From assembly GCF_009914755.1 (NCBI RefSeq), contig NC_060926.1: a DNA stretch of 64,000 bases; one strand, given 5' to 3'. Below, in pieces: positions 24,745 through 39,787 of the stretch (positions within the stretch are counted from its first letter, which is position 1; each line of letters starts with the position of its first letter). The translations under genes and the position numbers were made by a program. Under the pieces are notes generated by a model that saw nothing but the letters and a program-made list of their open reading frames with translations, made no database searches and was not told where the DNA came from. This DNA is from the human T2T-CHM13v2.0 reference genome, Homo sapiens.

Positions 24745-27699
24745 GTAGGATCAGATCCTGGGACCCAAGCCTGTAGGTGATTTCCCAGAACAACACAGCA
24801 TTATTCTTGGGTTCTCTGAAGACATAATTCAGTCAATTCCTATTCAGTTTATTTGCCAAGTTCCTTACATCCAGCTTTAATCTAACTATTTCTTCCCAGC
24901 CCAATGAGCCAGATTTCCCATTTATTCTGGGTTGGAGAAAACCTTGTCCTAAGAGCCCCGAAAGTCATGGAGGAAAACACTATCTCCCAAAATAAAGAAA
25001 CTCTAACTGACTGTAATTATAGCTGCCATTGCACTCAATGATAGGCACAGGTTCCCAGACATTCCTCATGACTGCAGGGTACATCACAGAAATGTGCTCA
25101 CTGACCAGGATGCTTGACTCAGGCATCTGTTCTTTCTGTCCCCTGAGATTCAAGTCAGCCAGTCTTCTTGAATCAGAGAGGCTTGTATCAGGGTTTCCTT
25201 CAGCTAGATGTTTCAAATACACAAAGATTCTGGTAGAAAAGACACTACTAAAGCTAGAGAAAGATACTTGAGCCTAGATGGCCAGTCCACAGATATTCAT
25301 AGAATATTTATTGTGTAGTAAGCATAGTGCCATGTGCTGGTCATATAACTATTTGCTCATGGGATTTATACTTCAGCGGACAGGTCCTCTCCCAGGGTTT
25401 TTCCTGTGCACTTTTATCTAATTGTCTCCATCTGATATCTGCAATGAACTTGATCAACTCTCCTTTCTTATTTATATTCCTTACTATTTTCACTTTATTC
25501 CAGAAGCCAGGTAGCAGAATATAGTAGAAAACCATTAATTCATGGCTGAGCTACTCTGAAGAATAGGTTAGTAGTATCTCATTTTATAGGTGAGGAACTG
25601 AGTTTCGCGGAGGAGAAATGAGTTTCCCAGCACGTGCAGCTAAATAGACCCCCATTCCCATTTGGGCAAAAAAGAAAAAAAATAGTTGATACATTATATG
25701 GGTAGCTTCTTCCTGCTGTGCTTATTTTCTTAGGTTCACGCTCTGATCCTGCTGGAGCCCTATGTACAGGTAAATGACAAGTGCGGTGAGAATGTGGCTA
25801 GAATTGTCTAGAAACTTTTGTGCTCAGAGTGGTCAGGGGCAGCCGGGACAAAATCTGTTCAAGATTCAAATTCAAAGTTTCTTCTTAGCAACTAAAACAG
25901 CAAAGTTAAGGATTCCTGCTTTACCTTGTTTCTCTCTTCTTGTTTGGATGAGTATAAGGATGCTCTAAAGGAGGCAAACAGTAGTGAGGAGGAGTATCGA
26001 CAATTTCTGGTGATTTGTCACCTCGCATTCTCTTCAGGAGTTCAGGAAGCATTAGACTTTTTTTTTTTTTTTTGCCACTTCCCTAGAAGTTTTGAAATCG
26101 GTTACAGTAATTAGAACCAACTCCTAGAGATGGTTACAGTGATCCAGCAAAGTCACCTTATATAAGGCAACATTTAAGTGTGGGGTGGTTTTAGAAATTT
26201 GGGAAACTAAAGACAATGGATTTATAGGGAAATTTGGATACAATTTGATTGCCCTTGTTTGGTTGAAAACTGGGTCCTTGAGTCATCTTATAATGGCTCA
26301 GCTACCCTGGAGCATTGGGCATTCATTAGTTGGTCTGCAAAATGTTTTGGAGTTTTCTTCCTAGTTGAGGATATAAAAGGGAGAAGGATGATCACAGTAA
26401 CAGTAGCTGGGAGCTCAATGCTGTAAGTACTGGAGGACCCAAGATCCATTGTAGAACCTAGACATGCTTGAGTCGGAATTGTCTCTGAGTTACGGCAAAA
26501 CAAGAGTAAACGTATAAGAACTACATCTAGTGGATAGATTCCTATTTTCTAAGATAATATTTCAACAGTTTTGTCTTGACTAAGGTTGATATATGCACAA
26601 GCACATTTGGGGGAACTCTAATAAAAGAAAAGCCGCTACTTCCTTTTAAAAATTCATTAAGAAATACAATAGACATAATCCAGAAACAGTCCGAATGCTT
26701 CATATTTCATCTTTAAATTACTCCTTTGTGGGTGTTGAATGCTTCTTTGCAATACCTTTGGTACCACCAGAAGTGATTTGTAACAAAGCACCTGAGAGAA
26801 AGCATCCATCTTGAGTTAGTCCAAGCTTGCAGGAGGACATACACTCCAGGAATAATATCAGTTTCCTAGTTAGGCAGCAGCTGCTGTCTCTCTTGCTTCC
26901 TGAATGATTGTGTTCCTGGTTCTTTGTAGTGTGAATCAAATCGTAGAGGCATAATGAGAAAAAAACAACAACATGGCTGTCATCCATTTTTTCTTTTTTT
27001 TTTTTTTGCTAAGACTCTTATTTAGTTGTTTTAAATAGGGATTTGGAAGATAGAACGCAAGACTTTTCTGCATCTGGATCCACCAGTGCTTAGTGTGTAA
27101 GGTGTATTCATTTACTTCTGTTAAATTGAGCTCTTTAGTAAGGAAAGGCAAAATTAGAAAGGGAAAAAATATAAGTGCTATCACTTAGATTCCATTGCTT
27201 GTTAAGACAGGGGGTTCTGGTTTCTGAAAATGCAGTTAATCATTAGAAAGGAAAAAGTATTTGATCAACAGAATGTTATTTCTAATGGCTTTCAATCAAT
27301 TCTTTCAAAACACAAAGAGAAAAAGACATCAACAAAATAATATAAAAGCAAACATCAAAACTTAGGAGGTTAACAATCAATTTAAAAGCCTCAGGAATTT
27401 TGTTACTGAAACAGTCATTAGAAAGCAGAGAAGACAGGACTGTGGTAAGTTAAAGATGATGTTTGTGTTTGAAGAATTTGATCTGGGGAAGGAAGCTTGA
27501 ACACACACAAGCTCTGATTCATACAGGATGATTTTAAAGGCCAGGACAGTCTTATGATCTAATGATGTGGGACATGAAATCTTCATTAGTCTTAGGACCA
27601 GTTAAAAAATAACACCACCACCCTGCACTCTTTAAATAGTATTTATAATAAGTTAGTGTATGTTGAACATTAAATTTGGTCCAGATAATCTAGGCAGAT

Positions 27700-28246
27700 A
27701 ATTGATTTAATCATCACATCAGCCCAGCAAGGTGTTTTGTTCTCATTTTACAGATGAAGGGGCTCAGGTTAGAAGACGTTACACAACTTTTCCAAGGTCC
27801 CACAGAAATCAGCGCCTCATCTATTTGACTCCAAAGCCCATACCTCTTGTGGCAGAGACAATGCTTTGTGTCTGCTTTCTTTTTTTCTGAGCATCAGGAA
27901 GACTGCATTTCTTATTATCACTACCAACAGAATGAGTTCTGGACAATGCAATGGGAGCAGAAGTCACTTGTGTGATTTCCTGGCTGAAGAAATTAAGAGC
28001 TAACATTCCTTGTCCTGGTTCTTACTTCTCCTTCTGTTGGGACTGCAGATTTTGCTCATTTTAAAGATGTCAATGTTTCAAGATAGAAGAACTCTGGGTC
28101 ACAATTTAGGAATGTCACCATGGAGATCCTTTCAACACTCATTTTTTTGCAGTGTGGGTTACAAATAAACCTTTACTCTTTTAAGTCACTCAGATTTTAG
28201 GGTGTATTTATTACCACAGCATAGCCTACTGTGTCCTGACAAACAC
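27700..28246. mobile_element. MIR fragment followed by an old MLT1 LTR fragment
   Basis: cattttacagatgaagg...ccaaggtcccacag (MIR); aaataaacctttactctttaagtcactcagattttagggtgtatttattaccacagcatagcctac (MLT1 3' end). Confidence 0.55.
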
Positions 28247-28778
28247 ATTTTATGCCCTGCACTTTACCTTATATCCTTTAAATTTTAGCTGTTAATACGG
28301 TATATCTCATGTTTTGTTTTCATACACAAAGAGTTGGTAGATAATAAAATAATTAAATTGTACCTGAAGAAAACATTCTCTCTAGCAGTGTCATCTAAAA
28401 TAAGAGGAACATTTATTTTAAAATTAAGAATGGCAGGGGTTTTTTTTGCCTGAAAATAATGTCTTTGAGGCTATAGACAACTTTCAGTGGTTCAGGGGCC
28501 TGCCTGCTCATCTAATTTATGAAGGATTCATGGAGTAATATCTCCTCTGTCTCTGTGTCATCCATGATCTCTTGTCGGCTTCACTCTAATCAGCATGTCT
28601 ATGGAAGAAAAACCAAACTGTATTGAATTAGTTCTCTTTTTCTTCAAATAACTTGAAAGGAAAGTCCTGATGTACTATATTATTTGACTTATATGATTCA
28701 ACACCTTTGATGTCAGGGATAGGCTTAATGGAAGAAGAAATTTATGATACATTAGTTCCATTAAAATGCACCTATAAA

Positions 28779-30507
<1,729 letters not shown>

Positions 30508-30928
30508 TTTACCTATAAAATGTTGGCCAACTCTGGTAGTCTGAATGGAGCGGGTCTAGCTTATTTCTATTCAGGAGATCAAATCTGCTTTCTGGGGAGA
30601 GCTAGTACTAAACCCTGATATTTGACACCTTGCCCTTTGCTACATATTCTGAAGTCTGTAACATGGAGCTCTCCATTATTTTCCTTATTAGAAATGACTT
30701 TTGATATCCCTGTAATTGGACCATTATCCTCTTGATTAAAAATGCTGATTTAGCAAATCTCATGAAGGAAAACAACTTTGTCCCAGGGAAATATCATAAA
30801 TGGGAGATGGCCGTGGTAGTGGTAGTGCACTTGGATATGGCCAGGTAAAATATTGAACTCAACTGATAATATCAGGGTTCTTTTGGGAAATCTTAATTAA
30901 GGAAGATCTTTATTCCACACACTTTCTT

Positions 30929-33900
30929 TTTTTTTCATTTCTTTCTTTTTAAGTTCAGGGTACATGTGTAGATTTGTGACATAGGTAAACTTGTATCATG
31001 GGTGTTTGTTGTACAGATTATTTCATTGCTGAGGTGATAAACCTAGTACCCATTAGTATCCTGATCCTCTCTCTTTTCCCATCCTCCACCCTCCAAAAGG
31101 TCCTAGTGTGTGCCTCTATGTGTCCATGTGTTCTCATCATTTAGCTCTCCCTGATAAGTGAGGACATGTAGTATTAGGTTTTCTGTTCCTTTGTTAGTTT
31201 GCTAAGGATAATGGCCTCCAGCTCCGTCCATGTTCCTGCAAAGGATATGATCTCCTTCCTTTTTATGGCTGCATAGTATTCCTTGGTGTATATGTACCAC
31301 ATTTTCTTTATCCAGTCTATCACTGATGGACATTTAGGTTGATACCCTGTCTTTGCTATTGTGAATAGAGCTGCAATGAACATACACGTGCATGTGTCTT
31401 TATAATAAAAAGATTTATATTCCTTTAGGTATATACCCAGTAATGGGATTGCTGAGTCAAATGGCATTTCTATCTTCAGGTTTTTGAGGAATCACCACAC
31501 TGCCTTCCACAATGGTTGAACTAATTTACACTCCTACCAACGGTGTATAAGAGTTCATTTTTCTCTATAACCTTGCTAGCATCTGTTGTTGACTTTCTTA
31601 TAATAGCCATTCAGACTGGTATGAGATGATATCTCATTGTGGTTTTGATTTGCATTTCTCTAATGATCAGTGATGTTGAGCTTTTTTCATATGATTTTTG
31701 GCCACATGCATATCTCCTTTTGAAAAGTGTTCATGTCCTTTGCCTGCTTTTTAATGAGGTTGTTTGTTTTGTTCCTGTAAATTTGTTTAAGTTCCTTATA
31801 GATGCTGTATATTAGACTTTGTTGGGTGCCATAGTTTGCAAAAATATTTTCCCATTTTATAGGTTGTTTTTTCCATTGATAGCTTATTTTTCTGTACAGA
31901 AGTCTTTAATTAGATCCCATTTGTCAATTTTTACTTTTGTTGCAATTGCTTTTGGCATCCTATTCGTGAAATCTTTGCCTGTGCCTATGTCCTGAATAGT
32001 ATTGCCTAGATTGTCTTCCAGAGTTTTTATAGTTTTGGGTTTTACATTTAAGTCTTTAATCCATCTTGAGTTAATTTTCATATATGGTATAAGGAAGGGG
32101 TCCAGTATCAATCTTCTCCATATGGCTAGCCAATTATCCCAGCAGAATTTTTTGAGTAGGAAGTCCTTTCCCCATTGCTTTTTTTTTTTTTTTTGTCAGG
32201 TTTGTCAAAGATCAGATACCTGTAGGTATGTGGTCTTATTTCTGGTTTCTCCATTCTGTTCCATTGGCTTTTATGTCTGTTTTTGTACCTGTACCATGCT
32301 GTTTTGGTTACTGTAGCCCTGTAGTATAATTTGAAATTGGGTAGCATGATGCCTCCAGCTTTGTTCTTTTGCTTAGGATTATCTTGGTTATTCTGGCTTT
32401 TTTTGGTTCCTTATGAATCTTAAAATAATCTTTTCCAATTCTGTGAAGAATATCAATGTTAGTTTAATAGGAATGGCATTGAATCTATAAATTGCTTTGA
32501 GCAGTATGGCCATTTCATGATATTGATTATTCCTATCCAAGAGCATGGAATGTTTTCCCATTTGTCTCTGTTCCCTCTGATTTCTTTAAGCAGTATTTTG
32601 TGGTTCTCCCTGTAGAGATCTTTTACCTCCTGATATGGTTTGGCTGTGTCCTCACCCAAATCTCATTTGAATTGTAGCTCCCATAATTCCCATGGACCTG
32701 GTGGGAGGTGACTGATGTGGGCAGGTTTCTCCCATGCTGTTCTTGTGATAGTGAATAAGTCTTATGATATCTGATGGTTTTATAAAGGGCAGTTCCCCTG
32801 CACATGCTGTCTTGCCTGCCACCACGTAAGACGTGCCTTTGCTCTCCTTTGCCTTCCACCATGATTATAAGTCCTCCCCAGTGATGTGGAACTGTGAGTC
32901 CATTAAGTCTCTTTTTCTTTATAAATTACTCAGTCTCAGGTATTTCTTCATAGCAGTAAGAAAATGTACGAATACACCTCCCTAGTTAGCTATATTCCTA
33001 GGTATTTTTTTCTTTTTGTGGCAGTTGTGAATGGAAGTTTGTTCCTGATTTGGCTCTTGGCTTCACTATTGTTGGTATGTATGAATGCTAGTGATTTTTG
33101 CACATTGACTTTGTACCGTGAGACTTTGCTGAATCAGTTTAAGAAGCTTTGGGCCGAGAATGGGGTTTTCTAGATATAGGATCACGCTATCTGCAAACAG
33201 TTTGGCATCCTGTCTTTCCATTTGGATGTCCTTTATTTCTCTCTCTTGCCTGATTGCCCTGGCCAGAACTTCCAATTCTATGTTGAATAGGAATGGTGAG
33301 AGAGGGCATCCTTGTGCCAGTTTTCAAAGGGGAATGCTTCCAGCTTTTGCCCATTCAGTATGATGTTGGTTGTGGGTTTGTCGTATATGGCTCTTATTGT
33401 TTTGAGGTATGTTCCTTCAGTACCTAGCTTATTGAGAGTTTTTAACATAAATGGATGTTGAATTTTATTGAAAGCCTTTTCTGCATCTATTGAGAAAATC
33501 ATGTGGTTTTTGTCTTGAGTTCTGTTTATGTGATGAATCACATTTATTGATTTGCATATGTTGAACCAACCTTGCATCCTGTGGATGAAGCCAACTTGAC
33601 TGTGGTGGATAAGCTTTTTGATGCATTACTGGGTTCAGTTTGTGAGTATTTTGTTGAAGAGTTTTGCATCAGTGTTCATCAAGGATATTGGCCTGAAGTT
33701 TTCTGTTTCTGTGTGTCTGCAAGGTTTTTGTATCAGGATGATGCTGGCCTCATAGAATGTGTTAGGGAGGAGTCCCTCCTCAATTCTTTGGAATAGTTTC
33801 AGTAGGAATGGTACCAGTTCTTCTTTGTACTTCTGGTAGAATTCAGCTGTGAATCTTTTTTGGTCCTGGGCTTTTTCCACTTGGCAGGCTATTCATTACT

Positions 33901-34776
33901 GCCTCAATTTCAGAACTTGTTATTGTTCTGTTCAGGGATTCAATTTCTTCCTGGTTCTTCCTTGGGAGGGTGTTTGTATCCAGGAATTTATCTATTTCTT
34001 CCAGATTTTCTAGTTTATGTACATAGAAGTGTTCATAATATTATCTGATGGTTATTTGTATTTCTGTGGGGTCAGTGGTAATATCCCTCTTGTCATTTCT
34101 AATTCTGTTTATTTGAATCTTCTCTCTTTTATTCATTAGTCTAGCAAGTGGTCTATCTATGTTATTAATTTTTTCAAATAACAGACTCCTAGATTCTTTG
34201 ATTTTTTGAATGGTTTTTGTGTTGCTATCTCCTTCAGTTCAAGTCTGATTCTGGTTATTTCTTGTCTTCTGCTAGCTTTGGGATTTGTTTGCTCTTTGTT
34301 CTCTAGTTCTTCTAGTGGTGAAACATCATAATTAAAAGAGGTTGAAAAATTTGACATTTTTCTAACTTTTTGATGTGGGCATTTAATGCTATAAATTTCC
34401 CCCTTAACACTGCATTAGCTATGTCCCAGAGATTCTGGTATGTTGTCTCTTTGTTCTCATTGCTTTTCAAAAACTTCTTGATTTCTGCCTTAATTTTATT
34501 ATTTACCCAAAAGTCATTCAGGAGTAGGCTATTCAATTTCCATGTAATTTTATGGTTTTGAGTGAATTCCTTAGTATTGATTTCTAATTTGATTGCTCTG
34601 TGGACCAAGAGGCTGTTTGTTGTGATCTCAGTTCTTTTGCATTTGCCAAGGAGTGTTTTACTTCTGATTATATGATTGATTTTACAGTAAGGGCCATGTG
34701 GCCATGAGAAGAATGTATATTTTGTTGTTTTGGGATGGAGAGTTCTATAGATATTCATAAGGTTCAGTTGATGCGG
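30929..34776 (-). mobile_element. 5'-truncated L1 (older L1PA), disrupted ORF2
   Basis: Minus-strand ORF fragments of endonuclease/RT/C-terminus ([38 protein letters not shown]); TSD ccacacactttctt (30915-30928) / ccacagcactttctt (34777-34791). Confidence 0.93.
32631..32976 (+). mobile_element. THE1 solo LTR (THE1C/D-like) nested in L1
   Basis: tgatatggtttggctgtgtcc...aataca; perfect 5-bp TSD cctcc at 32626-32630 and 32977-32981. Confidence 0.93.
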
Positions 34777-36294
34777 CCACAGCACTTTCTTCTAACAATT
34801 CTGTCATTTAATCACCTCAAATCAGAAACACATAGTTCGAACTTTGTTTTGACACACTTTCTATTACAGGTTTTTCTCTAATACAGTCATTTATATATTT
34901 TAAATACATCTATCCTCAGTACATATGTCTCTGACAATGGTAATCTTTGATTACATCTTCCTGGGGGAAGTTGGATAAAGACATATTCAGGACTGAGTTA
35001 GGAGAAAGAGAAACTGGTGTTTCTGGGTGGACGATGAAAGTGCTTGATCGTTTTCACTATTCCCCTAACTGATTATTGCCATCAGACACTTCTAGTAGAT
35101 TTGATATATGTCATGTTTTCTTTCTTTTAGATTTATACTGATAACTCAATGTTAAAATATCAATGCAAACCTAGCATCATTGTGCAATTCCCTGCTCAAA
35201 CATTTATTTATTTAAAAATTCCCAGTCCTGATGGTATTACTGTTTTAGAAACAAACCCTGGACTAGGTGTTTAGGGCATGATGCAGCTCTACTGCAGAAT
35301 GAGGATTTAAAGAGCTTTTTGTTTTCTTTCTCATTGCATGGAGGTAAAGACTTTTCTGGTATTGATAGAAAGTAAAAGTTGTGCCACGCTGACAGTACAG
35401 ATGAGACAAGGCACGGCATTAACTGTTCCATCTGGTGTTTCTTAAATAGGACAAACTATTCTTAGAGCTCTGTGAAGTGTCTGCTTCATCTCAAAAGAGT
35501 TGGAAATGACTGGGCCTCTTAGTGAACTCAATAGGTAGAAGATGTGACTTTTAAAGCTAGATGAGAAAAAAGTGGAGACATAAGGCATATGGAGAAGAAA
35601 TGTCTAGCAAGGGATTCTGTTTCTATGAAAACTCAACAAATAGGAGTTTTTGTTTTGTTTTTTAACAATAATCACAATTCTGTTCCCAATCCCAAACCTT
35701 ATTTTTAATAAAAAGCCATGTTTGTGCTCTTAAATAATCCTTTTGAGATTATTATTACAATTTATTATTTGCAATGATAAACTCAGCAGTCCACAGGTGT
35801 TTAGCTGAAATATCAAAGCCACTGTCTCTGCATGTGGCTCATAACATTTTTGGCAGCTATTGCTGCAATAAAGCTTCCTTTCTATCCTCTAGTCTGGGCA
35901 CTGAAAGAGCTGGTACATTGCAATGGGCTCTGTGTAATTGGATGGCTGCGAAGTTATCTCAGATTATTCTCGTTTTTCTGTTTTACAACATTTTTTGTCT
36001 TATTAATTGCTTTTTTCAAGCTAAACGTTACACAGCACAGGTTTTTGATCAGAAAGTCATTGGAAATTTTCTTGGGACTCACCATCTTATAACATAAAGT
36101 TTAAAAAGCAATCTTCAGAAGACCAATCCTGGATTGTGATTAACCTGATGAGTCATATTGGCAATCAGATCCAAGAACAGTAGAGTTCAAGTGTAATTTA
36201 CTTGGTTTCTTATGTCTCCGTGTATTTATGGAAAGGGCTCATTCACTATAGTACCAAAACTTTAAAATAACTAGGAATTACATATTTTCAAAAG

Positions 36295-36530
36295 AATATA
36301 AACCTATACTAGAAGATAGAGAAAATATTGAAAAACACAAGTATAACAAGGTTCTGGTATAGAAGATTCATGTGGTAAATATATCTTTTCCTGAGTGAAT
36401 CTATAAATTCAATGTAATAATTACAATAAAAACCCCAGAGGGACTTTAATGTAACTTGACTCTAGAGTTCCCCTGGAACAGAAAGTTCATAAAATAGTTA
36501 AGAAAGTATTGAGAAAAAAAAATAAGAAAA
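36295..36530 (+). mobile_element. Old L1M ORF2 fragment
   Basis: ttctggtatagaagattcatgtggtaaatatatc...atctataaattcaatgtaat...aaaaccccagaggg. Confidence 0.55.
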
Positions 36531-37415
36531 ATACCAATTGTTCTTTTTACATGATTGGTGATTATTTCCTGGACAGCTCAGTTTGCTTTATGAACAAGCC
36601 ATAGGTCTTTTTAAAATTAGTCCAAAAGTTAGAATTTTTTCTAGTTCAACAGATTTATGTCACATTTCACCAGTGCCTTTCTGGTTGAATTAATTTTGTA
36701 CAAGTCAACTCCCCTTAAGGTTTTATTAGTATGATTTTATAAGAACAAGACTGTAGTATGTTTGCCACAAAATAATGCTTTAAAGATTTTATTATTTTTC
36801 ATTATTTTACACAAAAATCTCTAAGGCTATGAAGTAATATCAGTTTTAATAGTAAATTAAATAGTGAAATTTAAGTTAAAATTATTTTTCTAATTTTAAG
36901 TAGTCTCTGAATTAACCCATGACCAGGATAAATATTTTGTCATTACAAAAAATAATAAATCAATTTAAAAATGATCATCTGTATATGGTCATGCTTCACT
37001 GTAAAACAAATTAGTCTATTCCTGGACTCTTAACTCTGTGTCAATAACATCTTACGAGAGGATTCAAGCAGAGAAACAGATGCAAATTTATTGTCTAATT
37101 TACACTTAATGAGATGATGGGAGTTGAATCTGTGGACTACTTTTCTTCTTTCATGACCCATGAAAGGTATTCTAAGGAAAGCTGGTGGTTTCAGAACATG
37201 ATGTATTTTGAAAATATTCTATTGTATGGGATCTTTAATTTTATCCTAGACTGCTCCAATGAACTATCTACAAACAGGCCAAGGTAGCATTTGAAATGGA
37301 TGTTTTACTAAAGATTCTATGTCAAAATAAAGTTAAATTGAGCTGAGACAGAATGATGTTCTTCTACATTAACTGAGTTTCTGGTGATCACTATTTTGCA
37401 TTTAGTAGTCTTGGG

Positions 37416-38591
37416 CTTCTAACAGATTCTTTGGCCTGGGCCCTCACTGAGCATGTTGTCCCGGGGGCACTTTCTTCTGCTTCCACAGAAGCCCTCTCCC
37501 TGAAGAAGGCAGCCCTCCCCAGTCCAGGGGTATTGCAGGCAACAAGGAGCTTTCACACAGGGCAGCCATGTCTTGCTCCTCTACCACCTCTTCCTGAATA
37601 TGGAGGAGAAGTTCATCTTGGGCTGATCCCTGAGGAATTCTTCCATTTTCTTTATACTAAAACTGGTATAACAGGACCTTATGTGTTTGGAACTGGACTT
37701 ACGTTGTATGCTCTTTCCAAAGAAATATATGTAATTACCCCAGAGATCTTCTCTACCATACCAGTAGTAGAGTTACTTATCTTTGTAATTAAAAAATATG
37801 GTGCCTCTGTTGGAGAATTTGCTGATAAACTGAATGAGCAAAAAAAGAAATTGCCCAACTAGAAGAGGTGAAGTACGCTTCCATCAAACAAATCCAGGAT
37901 ACCATTGATTTGGAGAAGTCACAGCAGGCTGTGGGTCACAAGTGCCATTACCTTTTTGATGCCAAGAGGAATAACATTGCTATGACTTTGGAGAATACTC
38001 TTCAGGAATGGCTGCATCGAGTATATAAGGAGGTAAAGAATCACCTGTACTATCATATCTCTGTGCAGGTTATGATGTGTTGAAAGGAACAAGAGCACAT
38101 GATAAACTGGGTGGAAAAGCATGTGGTAGCGAAGCAAATGGTGCAGAGCACAGCTAGAAAAGAAAATTGCCAAGTGCATTGCTGATCAAAAGTTGTTGGT
38201 GATCAAAAGTGCATTGTTGATCAAAGAAGGCTCAAGCATGAGCAGTCCTGTAAATTTATCTATCCCAATTGAGACAGCTAAAAACCCTTGACCTGCTAAA
38301 TGGAAACTAGTCTATGTGATGAAATCTTTCTGTATTGCTGTCTACTGAAGTTACGGTTTACCTTGCCTAAACATGAAAAGTTTGAGTTTCCTATACTGAG
38401 AGAACTAAATCTATTGGCCAGTCAGATGTTTCTCATCCTCCTTACTCCACATTTTGAGTTGTTCTATGACCACTTTTAAATAAGTAGTTTGCCTTTATTA
38501 AAACTGTCTGGTTAAAGATTATCAAGCTATAGTTTAAATTTGTAATGAACTCCACCATATTGTAATAAAGTAACAATTGGGAAAAAAAGGA
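37416..38591 (+). pseudogene. ATP5PBP: Processed pseudogene of ATP synthase peripheral stalk subunit b (parent ATP5PB/ATP5F1)
   Basis: Intronless. ATG at 37453 (MLSR) then a frameshift; GVLQATRSFHTGQP...PPLPEYGG..GLIPEEFF..LY.KTG.TGPYV.GTGL.LYALSKEIYVI; second frameshift in the A-run near 37840; EKSQQA...HYLFD..RNNIAM...YKEVKN; premature TGA near 38081; terminal TAA at 38251-38253; AATAAA at 38564; A remnant at 38582-38588; probable TSD agtagtcttggg (37404-37415) / agcaatcttggg (38592-38603). Confidence 0.96.
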
Positions 38592-38734
38592 AGCAATCTT
38601 GGGATGTAGAAAGAATGTTCCAACCATCTTGTGAGGCTCAGTTTTATGAGTAAAATACAGCTGATGAGGCTGGATATAGAATTGGGATTTGGGCCAGATT
38701 TACAGATAAGAGGAACTGCAATGACTGTATTTAA

Positions 38735-38870
38735 TAATTTATTCAAAACTATTTATTGAGTGCCTCTGATGGGCCATGCATCTTGTTGGATGTAAGGATA
38801 CAGTGATGAACAAGATCAGCAGGGTCGCATATTCCAGGAGCTTATTATTCAGTTGATGGGGAAAGGCATA
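38735..38870 (-). mobile_element. L2 3' fragment
   Basis: tttattcaaaactatttattgagtgcctctgatgggcc...aaggatacagtgatgaacaaga. Confidence 0.65.
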
Positions 38871-39787
38871 CTCTATTTCATGTGAAAATTCCTTGTAATG
38901 TTGAAATAGGGTAATATCTGTAAAGAGTATAACAAGCTGTATTTGCTCAACAAACATTTTTTTTTCCTTTCTGCTTTGCATCTTTGTGTACTGGATATCT
39001 ATTTGTGATCAGTTGCCAAGAAGATTTAGCATTCATGCAACTTTCTTTTTGACTGCTGATTGAATGTAGGTCATGAACTTATCAGTGATGTAGAGAAAAA
39101 GATGACTACACAAGTGTACTCTGTAACTCATGAGAAATAAAAGAGAGAAGCATGTGTCCATAGTGGGAAAGCAGCCATTTCAAAGGTAGACATCCAGATA
39201 AGTCATGGGATAATTCAGAGAGATTAGAAGAAAGTGGTTCAGAATCTCCCCCCACTCAATCAATTGATTATAAGTAATATAGATCCCCTTGCTAATATCA
39301 TAGTGGTATCCTTGGAAACTCATAGTTCTGATGGGAATGATAGGAGCCAAATTTCAAGTTATTAGGTTATTTAGATTCACCTCCAGGGTCTTCCATCCTT
39401 TCTGAGAAAGCATCACTTTAAGGAGAAATGGAAAATGAGAGATTACTGTCAGAGAATGACTGCAGGCTCTTTAAGCCAGTGACGATGTCTATGCAAGGTA
39501 GGGTTGGCTAGGCTAGCAGATAGATTTAAAATATACTAGATTAAAAGGCAGTAAAATCTTTCAAGCTGCCATTTGAACCACATTGTTCTAGACTTATTCC
39601 AACAATTACTGTTAAAGACTTAGCAAGTTCTGCTACATTAACTCTTTGACTTGGTTCACTTCTGCTATGCAATACACCCCTTATGAACTGCTTGATAGCT
39701 CTGGACCAAAGGCTGTGCCTCCTTGACCTGGGCTTATCCTTATGTTGCACAGTGAAAGAACTGATTTGTCTTACAGTGTCAGTGTCT

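Noticed and set aside
30611-30879. 12-bp inverted repeat aaccctgatatt / aatatcagggtt as MITE termini
   Set aside because: No TSD seen and no recognisable internal sequence; a 12-bp match could be chance.
35774-36097. 107-aa ATG-initiated ORF in unique sequence
   Set aside because: No recognisable homology or splice context; the length is compatible with chance. Kept only as a possible regulatory block.
37431-37862. 143-aa ORF as a functional ATP5PB paralog
   Set aside because: It starts at TTG; the true ATG (37453) is out of frame; a further frameshift, a premature stop and an insertion disable the CDS.
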